NCBI GenBank assembly: GCA_000004695.1
Contig: CM000152.2
Location: 1,152,001-1,216,000, forward strand
DNA: 64,000 nt
DNA from: Dictyostelium discoideum
Taxonomy: Eukaryota
Direction of reading: 5' to 3'
Shown here one piece after another: positions 26,608 to 44,450 of the stretch. Made by a program: the position numbers and the translations under genes. Each line of letters opens with the position of its first letter. Within the stretch, counting starts at the first letter, position 1. The notes beneath the pieces are model-generated. The model was given only the letters and a program-made list of their open reading frames with translations. It was not told the DNA's origin and did not search any database.

Positions 26608-26709
26608 GAAAGAGTGGTAGTGGGTAAAAACTTGTTTGATTTATAAAAACTAGTTTTTTTTTTTGAAAGAGTGGTGGTGGTTAAAAACTTGTTTAATTTA
26701 TAAAAACTA
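26608..26709. repeat. Tandem duplication of a roughly 45-bp unit (26608-26652 and 26665-26709, about 90% identical) with a G-box-like core GAGTGGTAGTGGGT/GAGTGGTGGTGGTT; each copy is preceded by a T-run
   Basis: Direct reading: ...TTTTGAAAGAGTGGTAGTGGGTAAAAACTTGTTTGATTTATAAAAACTAG then TTTTTTTTTTTGAAAGAGTGGTGGTGGTTAAAAACTTGTTTAATTTATAAAAACTAT. The repeat lies 190-290 bp upstream of the minus-strand gene starting at 26418. Confidence 0.7.
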
Positions 26710-27601
26710 TATATAGTTTTTAAGCACCAAAATTTTCAGTTATCAACAAAAAAAAATAAACAAATCTCAATATCTATTCTTAAGATTTGACCTTAACTGC
26801 CAACTTTTTTTTTTTTTATCAAAATAACTTTATTTATTGTTAAACTACAAAAACCCTATTGTAAAATCATGATATTTTTAAAAAAAAAAAAAATTTTAAT
26901 AAAGGACCATATCCATTTTTAAAAAATTTGGTGGCTCTAACAAAAGGAATCTAAAAAATTAAATCAGAGTAGAGAGAGAGAGAAATAATAGTTTATAAAA
27001 AACACTAAATTTAGAAATTATTTTAAAATTTAGAAAATTGGTCAATGTTTCATTAGGCCAAATATATAATTTTTTAAATAAATTCATATAAAATCGAGTA
27101 TATTATTATAAATTATCTTTAATTTTTTTTTTTGGTGATATACAATTTGTTTATAGTTGGGATTTAAAATAAAATGAAAAATAGTTTTTTTTTTTTTATT
27201 TTATTTTTTATTTTTATTTTTTTTATTTATTACAAATCAAATTAATGTTAGTCGGACAATTAAAAATAAAATTTTAATTTGATGAGGCAGTTGGGAAAGA
27301 AGCCATTGTTGCGATACCTATTTTCAGTTGGAATTTGGCAGTATTTAATTATAGAAACATTGTTTGGTCAATGTTTATATAATTAATAAATTTGGAATTA
27401 ATTTTAATGTATAAAAAAATGTTTAGTTAGTATTGTATTCCAATTAATTAATTTTATATAAATATATTAAAATTACTATACATACCACAACTTTTAAAGG
27501 GTTAAATTGTAAAAATAATTTGTAAAATTTTAAAATAAATCATAAGTTAGTGACTCTATCCTATTTTTTTTTTTTTTTTTTAAAGAAAAACTTGGAATTA
27601 C

Positions 27602-29013
27602 TTACTTGTTATTTCTATCTTTGCTCATAAAAATGTAACCATCCATACCCCATGAAGTACCCCATGAGTTTTTAACGATCCAGTAGTTACCAGATGAGGC
27701 CTCAACAGCACCTGAGCCTGAACCTGAACCTGAACCTGAACCTGAGCCAGAACCAGAACCTGATGCTGATGCTTGACCAGAAGCAGAGGTTTGACCTGAT
27801 TGTGAACCGGTGGATTGGCCTGATTGGCTACCTGATTGGGAACCTGATTGAGAACCAGAGGTTGATGAAGCAGCAGATGAAGTTTTACCTGATGATGATG
27901 ATGATGAAGCTTTGCCTGATGATGATGATGAAGCTTTACCTGATGATGATGAGGATGAAGTTTTACCACCAGTTGATGATGATGATGATGATTTACCAGA
28001 TGATGAACCAGATGATGAACTTGAACCTGAACCATAACCAACAACTAAAACACCATGATCAAGTTGGGTTGGAGAACATGCTGGTTCATAGTAGATACCT
28101 GATTCATATAATTGGAAGGATTCATTTGAAGCATCAATTGCAACAGAGACTGGAGCATTGTTTGATGCTGATTGTAATGAAGCTTCAGAACCAGAGGTAA
28201 CATTTTGGTATGAAACAATTTGAGCACCAATGTTTGATGTTTTGAATTTACATTCTTTACCATCTTCGGCAGTGTATGGATAACTACTTTCAGTATCAAT
28301 ACCTTTGTTATTGATGATATATTCAAAGGCAAGAGTCATTAAACCACCTTCACAACCATTGTTACCGTATGATTTTGAACAATCGATCAAGTTTTGTTCA
28401 GATAATGAAACTAAATCTTTTTTTGTTCCAGATGCAATAAAGTGAGCACCTTCAGTTGAACCAGTGGTTGAGAATGACCAGCAGCCACCACATTGACCTT
28501 GATTTTTAATTGGTGTGACAGCACCTTGAGCTCTCCAATCAACAGTTGGGGCTGGGGTGGAGAAGATTTTCTCTTCTTCAGTACCAATGAGGGCTGAACC
28601 ATCGAATGGGGTACCCAAGTAGGTAGTTCTATATTCTTGGTTGGTAATATCAGCGAAAACATTTAAACCCAAAACGGTTTCACCACCTTTTGAATTCCAT
28701 TGGTGTACATAATCCATATTGGATTTGAAGATTTGATAACGAGCATTAAATTCTTCAGAGGAATAAGTTCTAAAAAAAAAAAAAAAAAAAAAAAATTAAA
28801 AATTAAATCCTTAATTATTTGATTAATTTTACTATTTAATTATTTTTGATTATTTAATTTATTTGTTTTTTTTTTTTTTTTTTTTTTTTTTATATACCTT
28901 TGGTGAGCTTGCATCCAGTTGGTGAAAGCATTTCTGTATTGTAATTCAGAGAATTGTTGTTTAGCAGAAGCGTAGCTAACTAATAATAAACAAAGGAATG
29001 ATAAAACTCTCAT
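27602..29013 (-). CDS. Papain-family (C1A, cathepsin L-like) cysteine proteinase with an I29 propeptide and a roughly 110-aa Ser/Gly-rich insert, cprD-G-like; exons 29013..28898 and 28769..27602 (about 427 aa)
   Basis: A signal peptide (MRVLSFLCLLLVSYASA) and propeptide (EEFNARYQIFKSNMDYV) precede the catalytic Cys motif QGQCGGCWSFS, His motif LDHGVLVVGYG and Asn motif YWIVKNSWGTSWG. A (SSSSSGK)n/(SGSQ)n/(SG)n insert lies between the His and Asn motifs. The GTATAT donor at 28897 and TTAG acceptor at 28770 join in phase 2. Confidence 0.8.
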
Positions 29014-29517
29014 TTTTAGTATATATATATTTAATTGATGGTAAAAAAAAAAAAAAACAAAATAAAAAACTAGATTTATATTTGAAAAAAAAAAAAAAAA
29101 ACAAAATAAAAAACTAAAAAACAAAAAAATTTAAAAAGAAAATTCAATTGAAAAAAATCAGAAAAAAAAATATCTTAAAACCCTCTAATCTATTTTTTTA
29201 ATTTTCAATTTTCCACTCAATAGTTTATTTGCAAATTAATTGATGGGTAATTAAGAATTAATTTGCAACAGGTTCGAAATTTTAATTTTAAAATTTAATT
29301 TTTTATTATTTTTTTTGGTTAGATATTATTTTTTTTATTTTATTTTTTTTATTTTTAAATGGGATATTTGAAATAAACAGAATTTTTAAAGAAAAGTTAT
29401 GTTAATATTTTCTTTTTAAAAATTTAATAAATATCAAAATTAAAAAGTGATAAAAGTTTAAAGAACATTTTATTTTTTTTAGTTCTTTAATCATTTTTCT
29501 TTTTTTCTCCATTCTTT

Positions 29518-29562
<45 letters not shown>

Positions 29563-29772
29563 GGAAATTCAACAACAGTGTGGATTTCAATTTCGCTCTT
29601 TTTTTTTTTCTCTATTTACCCACACTTTTTTTTTGGATTTAGAAACCTCGAAAAAATTATTATTATTTTTTTTTTTTTAAGTGTAAAGCTTCAATTAAAA
29701 AATATATTAAATATAATTAAAAAACTATATAAATTTCATTGATTTTTCAGGAAAATAAAAAAAAAAGAAACT

Positions 29773-29822
<50 letters not shown>

Positions 29823-30120
29823 AAATAATGTAAAAATAATTGAAAATAAAAAAAAATAAAATAAAAAAAAATATTTTTTCGAAAATTTTGAACGTTAGTC
29901 ATATGACACATAATTTTTTCGCTTGAAATATTTTTTTTTTTTTTTTTTTTTTTTGATTTTTGCCATACAACCAACAATTACAACAAAAGAGTTACTATTT
30001 ATTACTTTTTTTTTGAATATTAAAAAAAAAAAAAAAAAAAAGAAATTATATAAATAGACCAAAATTATTTATTAATATACTAGAGATTTTTAATTAAATC
30101 TTTAAAAAAAAAAAAAACTA

Positions 30121-30208
30121 AAAAAAACAAAAAAAAAAAAACTAAAAAACTAAAAAACTAAAAAAACTAAAAAAACTAAAAAACTAAAAAACTAAAAAAC
30201 TAAAAAAA
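30121..30208. repeat. (AAAAAACT)n-type microsatellite (units CTAAAAAA/CTAAAAAAA x about 9) immediately upstream of the dnaJ start codon at 30227
   Basis: Direct reading. Confidence 0.8.
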
Positions 30209-30226
30209 AAAAAAAAAAAAAATAAA

Positions 30227-31696
30227 ATGAACATCGAAATTGGAAATAAGTCTAAAGTTTTATTAACTAGATTATTATCTCAACATGTAAACAAACAACA
30301 TATATTACGATATAGTACCACCAATAAAAAACCAATACCATCTTATAAAAGCAAAACATTTTTGAATAATAATAATAATAACCACAACAATGAAAATAAT
30401 AAAAGATACTTTAGATCAACTTCACCAATACTTTCAGAGAAAAGAGATTTATATGAAGTTTTAGGAGTTTCAAGAGATGCTTCAAAACAAGATATTAAAA
30501 AAGCATTTTATGCTGTAAGTATTTAATAAATAATATATATTTCTTAATTGTTTATAAAAAATTGACAAATAGTAACAATAATATTAATTTATTTATTTTA
30601 GTTAGCAAAAAAATATCATCCAGATACAAATAGAGATGACCCAAATGCACATAAAACATTTGCAGAGATTAGTAATGCCTATGATGTATTATATGATGAT
30701 AAAAAGAGATCAGTTTATGATACAGCAGGACATCAAGGAGCAACACAAGAGAATATGGAACATGGTGGATTCCCAGGTGGTATGGGTGGTCAAAATGTTA
30801 ATCTTGAAGATTTATTTGGAGGTGGATTCGATTTGAATGATTTATTTGGTGGCGGTGGTGGTGGTGGTGGCGGTAAAAAGAGTTCAGTAGGTGCAGATAT
30901 GGAAGTTAATTTACATTTAGATTTTATGGAAGCAGTGAATGGTGCAGAGAAGGATATTTCATTCTATGGTGGTACAAAGTGTACACCATGTGATGGTAGC
31001 GGAGCAAAACCAGGCACAAAGCCACAAACTTGTAAACAATGTGGTGGTACAGGTTCTCAAACTCGTTCCAATGGTTTCTTCCATATGGCAACCAATTGTC
31101 GTGCATGTAAAGGTACAGGTAAGGTCATTAAAGAACCATGTTCAAGTTGCAAAGGTAAGGGTATCACTCAAGGCGAACGTACCGTTAACATCAAAGTACC
31201 AGCAGGTATTAACAATGGTACCACCATCAAATTGGCCGGTGAGGGTGAACCTTCAAAAACTGGTCGTCGTGGTAATCTCTTTGTTCATATCACAGTATCT
31301 GAACATGAATTATTTAGACGTCAAGGTAACGATATTCATTTGGATGTTCCAATAACAATTTCTCAAGCTATCCTTGGTGATACAGTTTCAATTCCAACTC
31401 TATCTGGTGAAGTCGAACTTAAAGTACCAAAAGGTACTCAACCAAATGAAAAACGTGTACTCAAAGGTAAAGGTGTACGTTTTGTAAATTCAACAGAATT
31501 TGGTTCACAATTTGTTCACTTTATCGTTTCAATACCTAAAAATATTAATCAAAAGCAACAAGAACTCATTAAAGAATTTGACCAAGAAGAAAAAAAAAAT
31601 AATGGTCCATTAGATAGTTTATCTCATCCAGTTTTATCTTTTTGGAATAAAGCAATGAAAAGATGGAGAGATTATTCAAATAAATTTAAGAAATAA
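30227..31696 (+). CDS. Mitochondrial type-I DnaJ/Hsp40 (DNAJA3/Mdj1-like) with a J domain, G/F region, four CxxCxGxG zinc-finger repeats and a C-terminal domain; exons 30227..30514 and 30602..31696 (about 460 aa)
   Basis: A presequence-like N-terminus is followed by a J domain split by the intron ([23 protein letters not shown]|[13 protein letters not shown]...KRSVYD). A Gly-rich linker and [24 protein letters not shown] and CSSCKGKG repeats follow. The GTAAGT donor at 30515 and TTTTAG acceptor at 30601 join in phase 0. Confidence 0.8.
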
Positions 31697-32008
31697 AAAA
31701 AAAAAAAAATTAAAAAAAGATATATCTCATATATATATATAAAAAAAAAAAAAACAAATAAAAAAAAAAATAAGTAATAAAATTAATTTTTACAATTATT
31801 AAAAAAAAAAAAAATATATAATTTTTTTAAAATTTAATTATTTATTTAAATTGGAAAAGTAATATATCTATTCATTTTTTTATATTAAAAATATCAAATT
31901 ATTCTACATATAATTTTTTTTTTTTATAATTATTCTAAATTAAAAATTACAATGATAATTAAAATTTGAAATAAATAAATAATATTTTTTTTTATTTTAT
32001 ATAAATAA

Positions 32009-33447
<1,439 letters not shown>

Positions 33448-34076
33448 TCTTTTTTTTTTTTTAAACTAAAAAAGAAAAAAAAAAGTTGTTATGTTTTAAC
33501 GATTTCAAAAAAAAAAAAAAAAAAAAATAAAAAAAAAAATAAATTAAAAAAAATAAAAATCGAAAAAAATAACAGGGGTTAAATAATAAAATAATAAAAA
33601 TTCTAATATCATATTGTAACAACATTTTTTAGATATAATTTTATCTTTTTTAATTTTATTTAATTTTTTTTTTTTACTTTTTGGATTGATCTTCCTTTCA
33701 TATTGAAGGCAATATGAGAACGAATACCAGAAACAAAAAAAAAATAAAAAAAAAAAGAAAATAAAATAAAAAATAAAAAATAAAAAAAACAAGTAATCAA
33801 AAAAATTTAAATAACAATCATTTTTGGTTTATAAATAAAAAAAAAAAAATCTATAAAATAAAATAATTTTCATAATAAATCTGAACTGTGCTTTTAAATA
33901 AATATCTTTTTTTTTTTTTTTTATTTTTTTTTTGGAATAAAATTTAAATTAAATTTTATTTTATTTTAATTTTTTTTATTTTTTTTTTCATTTAAAAAAA
34001 GAAAAGTTTTTTTAATTTTTCTTTTTCCTTTTTTTTTTTTTTTTTTTCATAGTGTTAATTAAATAAAAAAAAAAAG

Positions 34077-34599
34077 ATGTCAAGTGCTCAAAAAATTGTT
34101 GATAAAGTAGACCAACTTCACCTCGAACGTGAGTTTGTAAAGATTTCAGAATTATTAACTGAAGGTCACAAACAATATCCAGAAGATGTCGAGATAATGT
34201 GGAGACTTGCCAGATCATACTTTGACAAGAATGAAGAAGTCGCTAATAAAGATGAAAAGAAAAAACTCATTGAACAAGCTTTAGAACTTACCAACAAAGC
34301 CTCAACTATTAACCCAAATCATTGGGCTGTTCATAAAGTAATGATTAATCATTATTATTTTATTTTTTTTAAAAAAAAAATACATATTTTACTAATTTTT
34401 TTTTTTTTTTTTTTTTTTTTTCTATTCTAAAAGTGGTTAGCAATTTTAATTTCAGCTTTAGGTGATCATATTTCATCAAAAGAAAAGATTGCAAATGCAT
34501 TCAAAATCAAAGATCATGCAGTCAAAGCAAATGAATTAAAACCAAATGATGCAACCACATTACATTTATTAGGTCGTTGGTGGTATGTTTTATAACAAT

Positions 34600-34689
<90 letters not shown>

Positions 34690-35040
34690 AATAACAATTA
34701 AAACAAATATTATTTAGCAATTTAAAATTTTACTAATTCCTTTTATATTTTTTCCAATAGTTTCTCAATTTCCTCAATTGGTTGGATTGAAAGAACTGCC
34801 GCCAGCGCTTTGTTTGGAACCCCACCAACATCAACTTATGATGAAGCTTTGACTTACTTTTTAGAAGCATACAAATGTGACCCAACCAACATTCGTAACG
34901 CCCTCTTCACTGGTGACACCTATGCTGCCCTTAAAGATAATGCCAAAGCTAAAGAGTTTTACAAAATTGCTGCTGCAATCGAACCAAAATCAGAATTTGA
35001 TAAAAATTTAGTCAAAGAAGCCCAAAATAAAGCTAAATAA
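34077..35040 (+). CDS. Regulator of microtubule dynamics (RMDN/FAM82) family TPR-like protein; exons 34077..34337, 34434..34582, 34761..35040 (about 229 aa)
   Basis: RMDN family signature PNHWAVHK|WLAILISALGDHISSKEKIANAFKIKDHAVKANELKPNDATTLHLLGRW|CFSISSIGWIERTAASALFGTPPTSTYDEALTYFLEA. The donors are GTAATG at 34338 and GTATGT at 34583, and the acceptors are AAAAG at 34433 and CAATAG at 34760. Confidence 0.65.
34594..34688 (+). repeat. (CAA)n microsatellite of about 30 units located inside intron 2 of the RMDN-family gene
   Basis: It lies between the GTATGT donor at 34583 and the CAATAG acceptor at 34760. The upstream exon frame hits TAA at 34592, so the repeat is not coding. Confidence 0.7.
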
Positions 35041-35327
35041 ATAAATATTTAAATTTTATTATTTGTATAAAAAAAAAAAAAAAAAAAAAAAAAAATATTA
35101 TGTAGCCCACCAAAGTTTTAAAAAATTTATATATTTGTTAAACAAATCAATAAAGCAATTTTTTTTATACAACAATAATTTTATTATATGTTTCTTTTTT
35201 TTTATTAAACTTTTTTTTTTTTTATTTATTTATTTTTTTTATTTGTTTTTTTTTTTTTTTATTTGGAATTGAATCTACAAAGGCTTTGTACAAGTTGAAC
35301 TATTATTTAATTAGTGATATATTTTTT

Positions 35328-37572
<2,245 letters not shown>

Positions 37573-38165
37573 TGATTATGATTTTTATAAAATAAAAAAA
37601 ATTGTAATATAGATTTTAAATTGGAAAATAAAAATAAATATAAAGGAAAAAAGGAATTTTTTTAAAAAAAAACAAATAAATAAATAATATTATTATTGTG
37701 TGTTTGAGTATAACCTATTTTTTTATTTTTTTTATTTATTTATTTTTTTTTTTTTTTTAAAAAAAAAAAAATTATATTTAAAAATATATAATAATAGTAA
37801 TGATAATAATAATAATAATGATAAAAATAATAATTGATAATAAATAAATATTTAAATAATAATAATTGTTAGTTATTTTGATAGAGATGATAAATAATTA
37901 TATTATTTTTTTTTTTTTTTATTTGTTTTTTTATTTTTTTTTTTTTTTTTTTTTTTTTAATTAAAAAATTTTTAAAAATTAAAAACAAAATAATAAATTT
38001 TTAAAATATAAAAAAAAAAAATAAAAAATAAAAAAAAAAAAGGGTTAAAAGAGTGGTGAGTGTGGGTGGATTGAGTATGACTAATTTGTGTTTAATTATC
38101 TGTTTTTTATTTATGAATTACTTTTTTGGATTCGCCTTATGTGAGAATGTGAAAAAAAAAAAATT

Positions 38166-38213
<48 letters not shown>

Positions 38214-38388
38214 AAGAGTGATGCTTTTGATTAATTAAAAAAAAAATGCAAATTTACAACAGTTTTCACAAAAAATTTTTTTTTTATGCACCCACCAAAG
38301 TATGAAAGTTTTAAAGTCATCAAAATTTTTTAATTTGAAGAATTAAAAAAAAAAAAAGAAAAAAAAAAAAATTGGTGAAAAAAAAATA

Positions 38389-38449
<61 letters not shown>

Positions 38450-38539
38450 AAAATTACACAAATTTTAAAATTAAATATAAAAATATTAATGATGACGGAT
38501 ATCCGATTGAGTGTGTGGTTGTGAATTGCATAAATAAAA

Positions 38540-38580
<41 letters not shown>

Positions 38581-38859
38581 GTGGGTGTGGTGTGGTATTT
38601 ATTTAAACAATTGCCAAATTATTATTTATTATTGAAAAGTATTGGTTTCCAAAATGAATTAAAAATCTATTGATTCGCTAATGCAATATATCTACATACA
38701 ATGTAGCATATGTATTGTTTTATTTTTGGTGGTATATATTTGTGTGTGTGTATATATGTGTGTGTGCATATGAGTGAAAATGAGTGGAAATGAGTTGTTT
38801 TTAAACATTGTGATATATATTTATTTCTAAAATTAAAATTTAGTCCTTACTTTTTTATT

Positions 38860-38891
<32 letters not shown>

Positions 38892-39006
38892 TTTTTCTTC
38901 TTTTATTTGTATTAAATAAATTAATTTGTTTATCTGATTCTAATTAAAAGAAAAATGAAAAAAAAAAAAAAAAAAAAAACTTTTAATTTTAAAAATTTAA
39001 TTTAAA

Positions 39007-39057
<51 letters not shown>

Positions 39058-39520
39058 TGATTTTTTTTTTATTTTTTTTATTTTATTTTTTTTATTTTAT
39101 TTTATTTTTTTTTACTTTTTTTATTTTTTTTTTTCCAAAAAAAGAATCATGGAATTTTTATTTTTTTTTTGACATCCAATTATTCCTTTTCAAATTTAAA
39201 AGTACTCTCTCATCAAAAAATCTTTACAAAATTGGAATGAATTTAAATTTGAATATTCCCATATTTAAATAAAAAATCAATAAAATCCATCACCTGTAAT
39301 TATCAAAAAATGATAATTTTTTTATAAAAATCAGTAAATTTTATTCTATTTATTTGGTTATTTTTATTTTATTTTATTTTATTTTATTTATTTTTAATTT
39401 AATTTTTTTTTTTTTTTTTTTATTTTTTTATTTTTTATTTTTTTTTTTTTTTTTTTTTTTATTTTTTATTTTTTTATTTTTTTATTATTTTTTTGGGGAA
39501 ATTAATTAAATTAATTAATA
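37573..39520. promoter_or_regulatory. Divergent intergenic promoter region (IPK gene leftward, NEDD8-protease gene rightward) containing several G-box/GT-rich (CA-rich on the opposite strand) elements
   Basis: GC-containing islands sit in otherwise pure A/T DNA: GAGTGGTGAGTGTGGGTGG at 38051-38069, GAGTGTGTGGTTGTG at about 38510, GTGGGTGTGGTGTGG at 38581-38595, and (TG)n plus TGAGTGAAAATGAGTGGAAATGAGTTG at 38741-38795. These resemble Dictyostelium G-box/CAE elements bound by GBF. Confidence 0.4.
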
Positions 39521-40327
39521 ATGTCAGATCCATTAATAGTTTCATACAATGATTCAGCAATTTATCAAAGTGATATCAATATACTCAAATCAAATCAATG
39601 GTTAAATGATTCAATTATATCATTTTATTTAGAATGGTTAAAAGATGGAGGAGAAGACAATAAAAATAAAATACCAAACCAAGTATTATTGTTAAGTCCA
39701 AGTGTTGTATTTTGTTGTAGTTTTGTTGAATCAGAACAAGAGATTCAATTAATGTTTGAACAACCACTTTCATTAAAGACCAAAGAGGTAATATTCTTTC
39801 CATTAACTAATAATAGAGATCCAAATGTAATTGGTGGTGGTACTCATTGGTCATTATTAATCTTTATAAAAAGTTTAAATAAATTCATTTACTATGATTC
39901 AATAAATAGTTTTAATTCTAGTGATGCAATATTTATAATTTCAAAATTTAAATTTCTATTATCATCACCACCACCAAAAACTAATTTAAAAGGTAAATAT
40001 TTTTTTTTTTTTTTTTAATTTTCTTATTATTTCACAACATAATTAACCCTTTTTTTTTTTTATTTAGAATTTTTAATAAATCAAAAAACACCACAACAAC
40101 AAAATGGATATGATTGTGGATTATATGTTTTATCAATTATTGAAGAACTATTAAAATTAATTATTAAAGAAAATGAAAATAATAAGGGTGAAGAAAATAA
40201 AATTTCATATAAAGATTTATTATTATCAGAATTTACAAATGAATTATTATTTAAAGAGATTACACCAAATTATATTAAAGATAAAAGAGTTGAAATTTTA
40301 AATACAATTTTAAAATTAAAAAAATAA
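39521..40327 (+). CDS. Ulp1-family cysteine protease, NEDD8-specific (SENP8/DEN1-like); exons 39521..39992 and 40068..40327 (about 243 aa)
   Basis: The N-terminus WLNDSIISFYLEWL, the catalytic His in GGGTHWSLLIF, Asp in YYDSINS and Gln/Cys in QQQNGYDCGLYV are all present. The GTAAAT donor at 39993 and TATTTAG acceptor at 40067 join in phase 1. Confidence 0.75.
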
Positions 40328-40385
40328 TAATAAAAAAAAAATAAAAAAAAAAAATAAACATTATCATTGATAATTTTATTTGTTT

Positions 40386-41519
40386 TTATAATAGATTTCT
40401 TTGTTTTAACCATTGAATATTTTCATTAATCATATATTCTAAAGTTTGAGATTTAAAATTTAATTGGTTATTTGCTTTGGTTGAATCGATTACAAAATTA
40501 ACACTTTGAATACAAGAGAGGAAGAAAGATTGATAAGGTGTTGGACGTGGTTTTGATTTCGATGCTTTTGTAGTTTTAAAATCATCATCCGCTAAAGAAT
40601 CGGTTGCTTCTGATGAAATTGGTTTAATAGTGGTTGAAGTGGTTGTGGTTGAAGTTCTGCCAAACCATTTGGCCATTAAATCATTCATTTTACCTGTTAG
40701 AATATATTTCAATGGGGAAACGGCAACAACAGGTTTTTCAATCGAGAGTTGAAATAAAACTTGTTCATAAAGTTCCTTCCAACTGATCAATGTACCACCT
40801 ATACAATAGTCACTTCCATTTGGTGCAACCTGTGCTGCTGTTATATGAGCCTTGGCAACCTCGTCCGCTGATGAAAAGTTGGTTTTACCTACGCCCACTG
40901 ACACAGTTTGAGAAGCTTGATGAGCGACCATTAATATAAACGAGCCAACACTATTTTCATCATATTTTCCAATGATAAAGCCCGGTGAGATGATCACCGC
41001 CTCCAATCCCCTACGTATGGCATCCTCCACATATAGCTCGCCAATTCTCTTTGTACGCGAATAACCAGACCTTGGTAGATTCTCTTTTGGGCATTGTTCA
41101 TTGATGATTCTATCTTTTACATCGTAGCATGCTATTGTGCTTGTGTAAATCAATCTTTTTACACCCTTTTTGAAACATGCCTCTACAACATTGGCAGTGC
41201 CATTTACATTGGTTTCGTATTGTTGAATTTGTTGTTCCTTCATTGATTGTTGTGATTCACTTGCATCTAAATCAATGAGAGCTGCAGCATGAAAACAGTA
41301 AAGACATTCATCTGGTATACCTTTTAACAATGATTTATAATTTGTAACATCACCTTTAACCAATATCAATTGATCTTGTTTATTCAATCTCTTTGCTATT
41401 GAATTTAATTCTAATACTTTATTCTTATTTCTATATAATGCATAAACTTGATATCCTTGAATTAATAATTGTTCAACTATATTACATCCTAAAAATCCAG
41501 TTGACCCTGTTACAAAACA

Positions 41520-41591
<72 letters not shown>

Positions 41592-41618
41592 GTTATTTAT
41601 ATTTATATTTTCACTCAT
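40386..41618 (-). CDS. NAD(P)-dependent epimerase/dehydratase (extended SDR, 3beta-HSD/cinnamoyl-CoA-reductase-like) with a poly-Asn N-terminus, single exon, 410 aa
   Basis: Rossmann motif CFVTGSTGFLGCNIVEQLL, the catalytic YxxxK in SGYSRTKRIGE, and overall extended-SDR architecture. Confidence 0.65.
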
Positions 41619-41763
41619 TCTTTTTATTTTTTTTTATTACTTTTTATTTTTTATTTTAAAATAAATTAAAAAAAAAATAAAAAAAAATTTAATTTAAAAA
41701 TTAAAAAAAAAATTAAATAAAAAATAAAAAGATTTTTTTTTATGGGAACACACAAAAGGCGGG

Positions 41764-41807
<44 letters not shown>

Positions 41808-41823
41808 TCCGTTTTGCAACCAA

Positions 41824-43937
<2,114 letters not shown>

Positions 43938-44416
43938 ATAATATTTTTTTGGAATAAAAAAAAAAAAAAAAACACATCGATTTCATAAATATTTTTTTTA
44001 TTTTTGTTTTTTTTTTATTTATTTATTAATATAAATTTATTTATTTTATTTATTTATTTATTTTTTTAAAAAAAAAAAAGTCCTAAATTGGGGTTTTTAA
44101 GTTTCATTTATTTTTATTTATTCATTTTATTTTATTCAATTATTTTAAATTATAATTTTTTATTTTTATTTTTTTTTTTACTTAATTATATGATATTTTA
44201 CAAAAATTGTGGGAATTTGTGTTTTTAATTATTAATTCATTAAAAAAGGTAAAAACAAGCAATATGTTTTGAAAAGTTAAAAAAAAAAAATTTAAAAAGG
44301 AATTTAATAATTTTTTTTTTTTTTTTGTCCCACAGAGGAATTGTTCAAACCAAGAGTACTAATAGTTCCTTTTTTTATTTTTTTATTATTAAAAAATTTA
44401 AAAAATTATTTGTTGA

Positions 44417-44450
<34 letters not shown>

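Noticed and set aside
27625-28662. Four ORFs (83-168 aa) overlapping the cysteine proteinase on both strands
   Set aside because: They are generated by the Ser/Gly repeat insert (His/Gln/Leu-rich mirror frames), and the protease frame carries the catalytic motifs.
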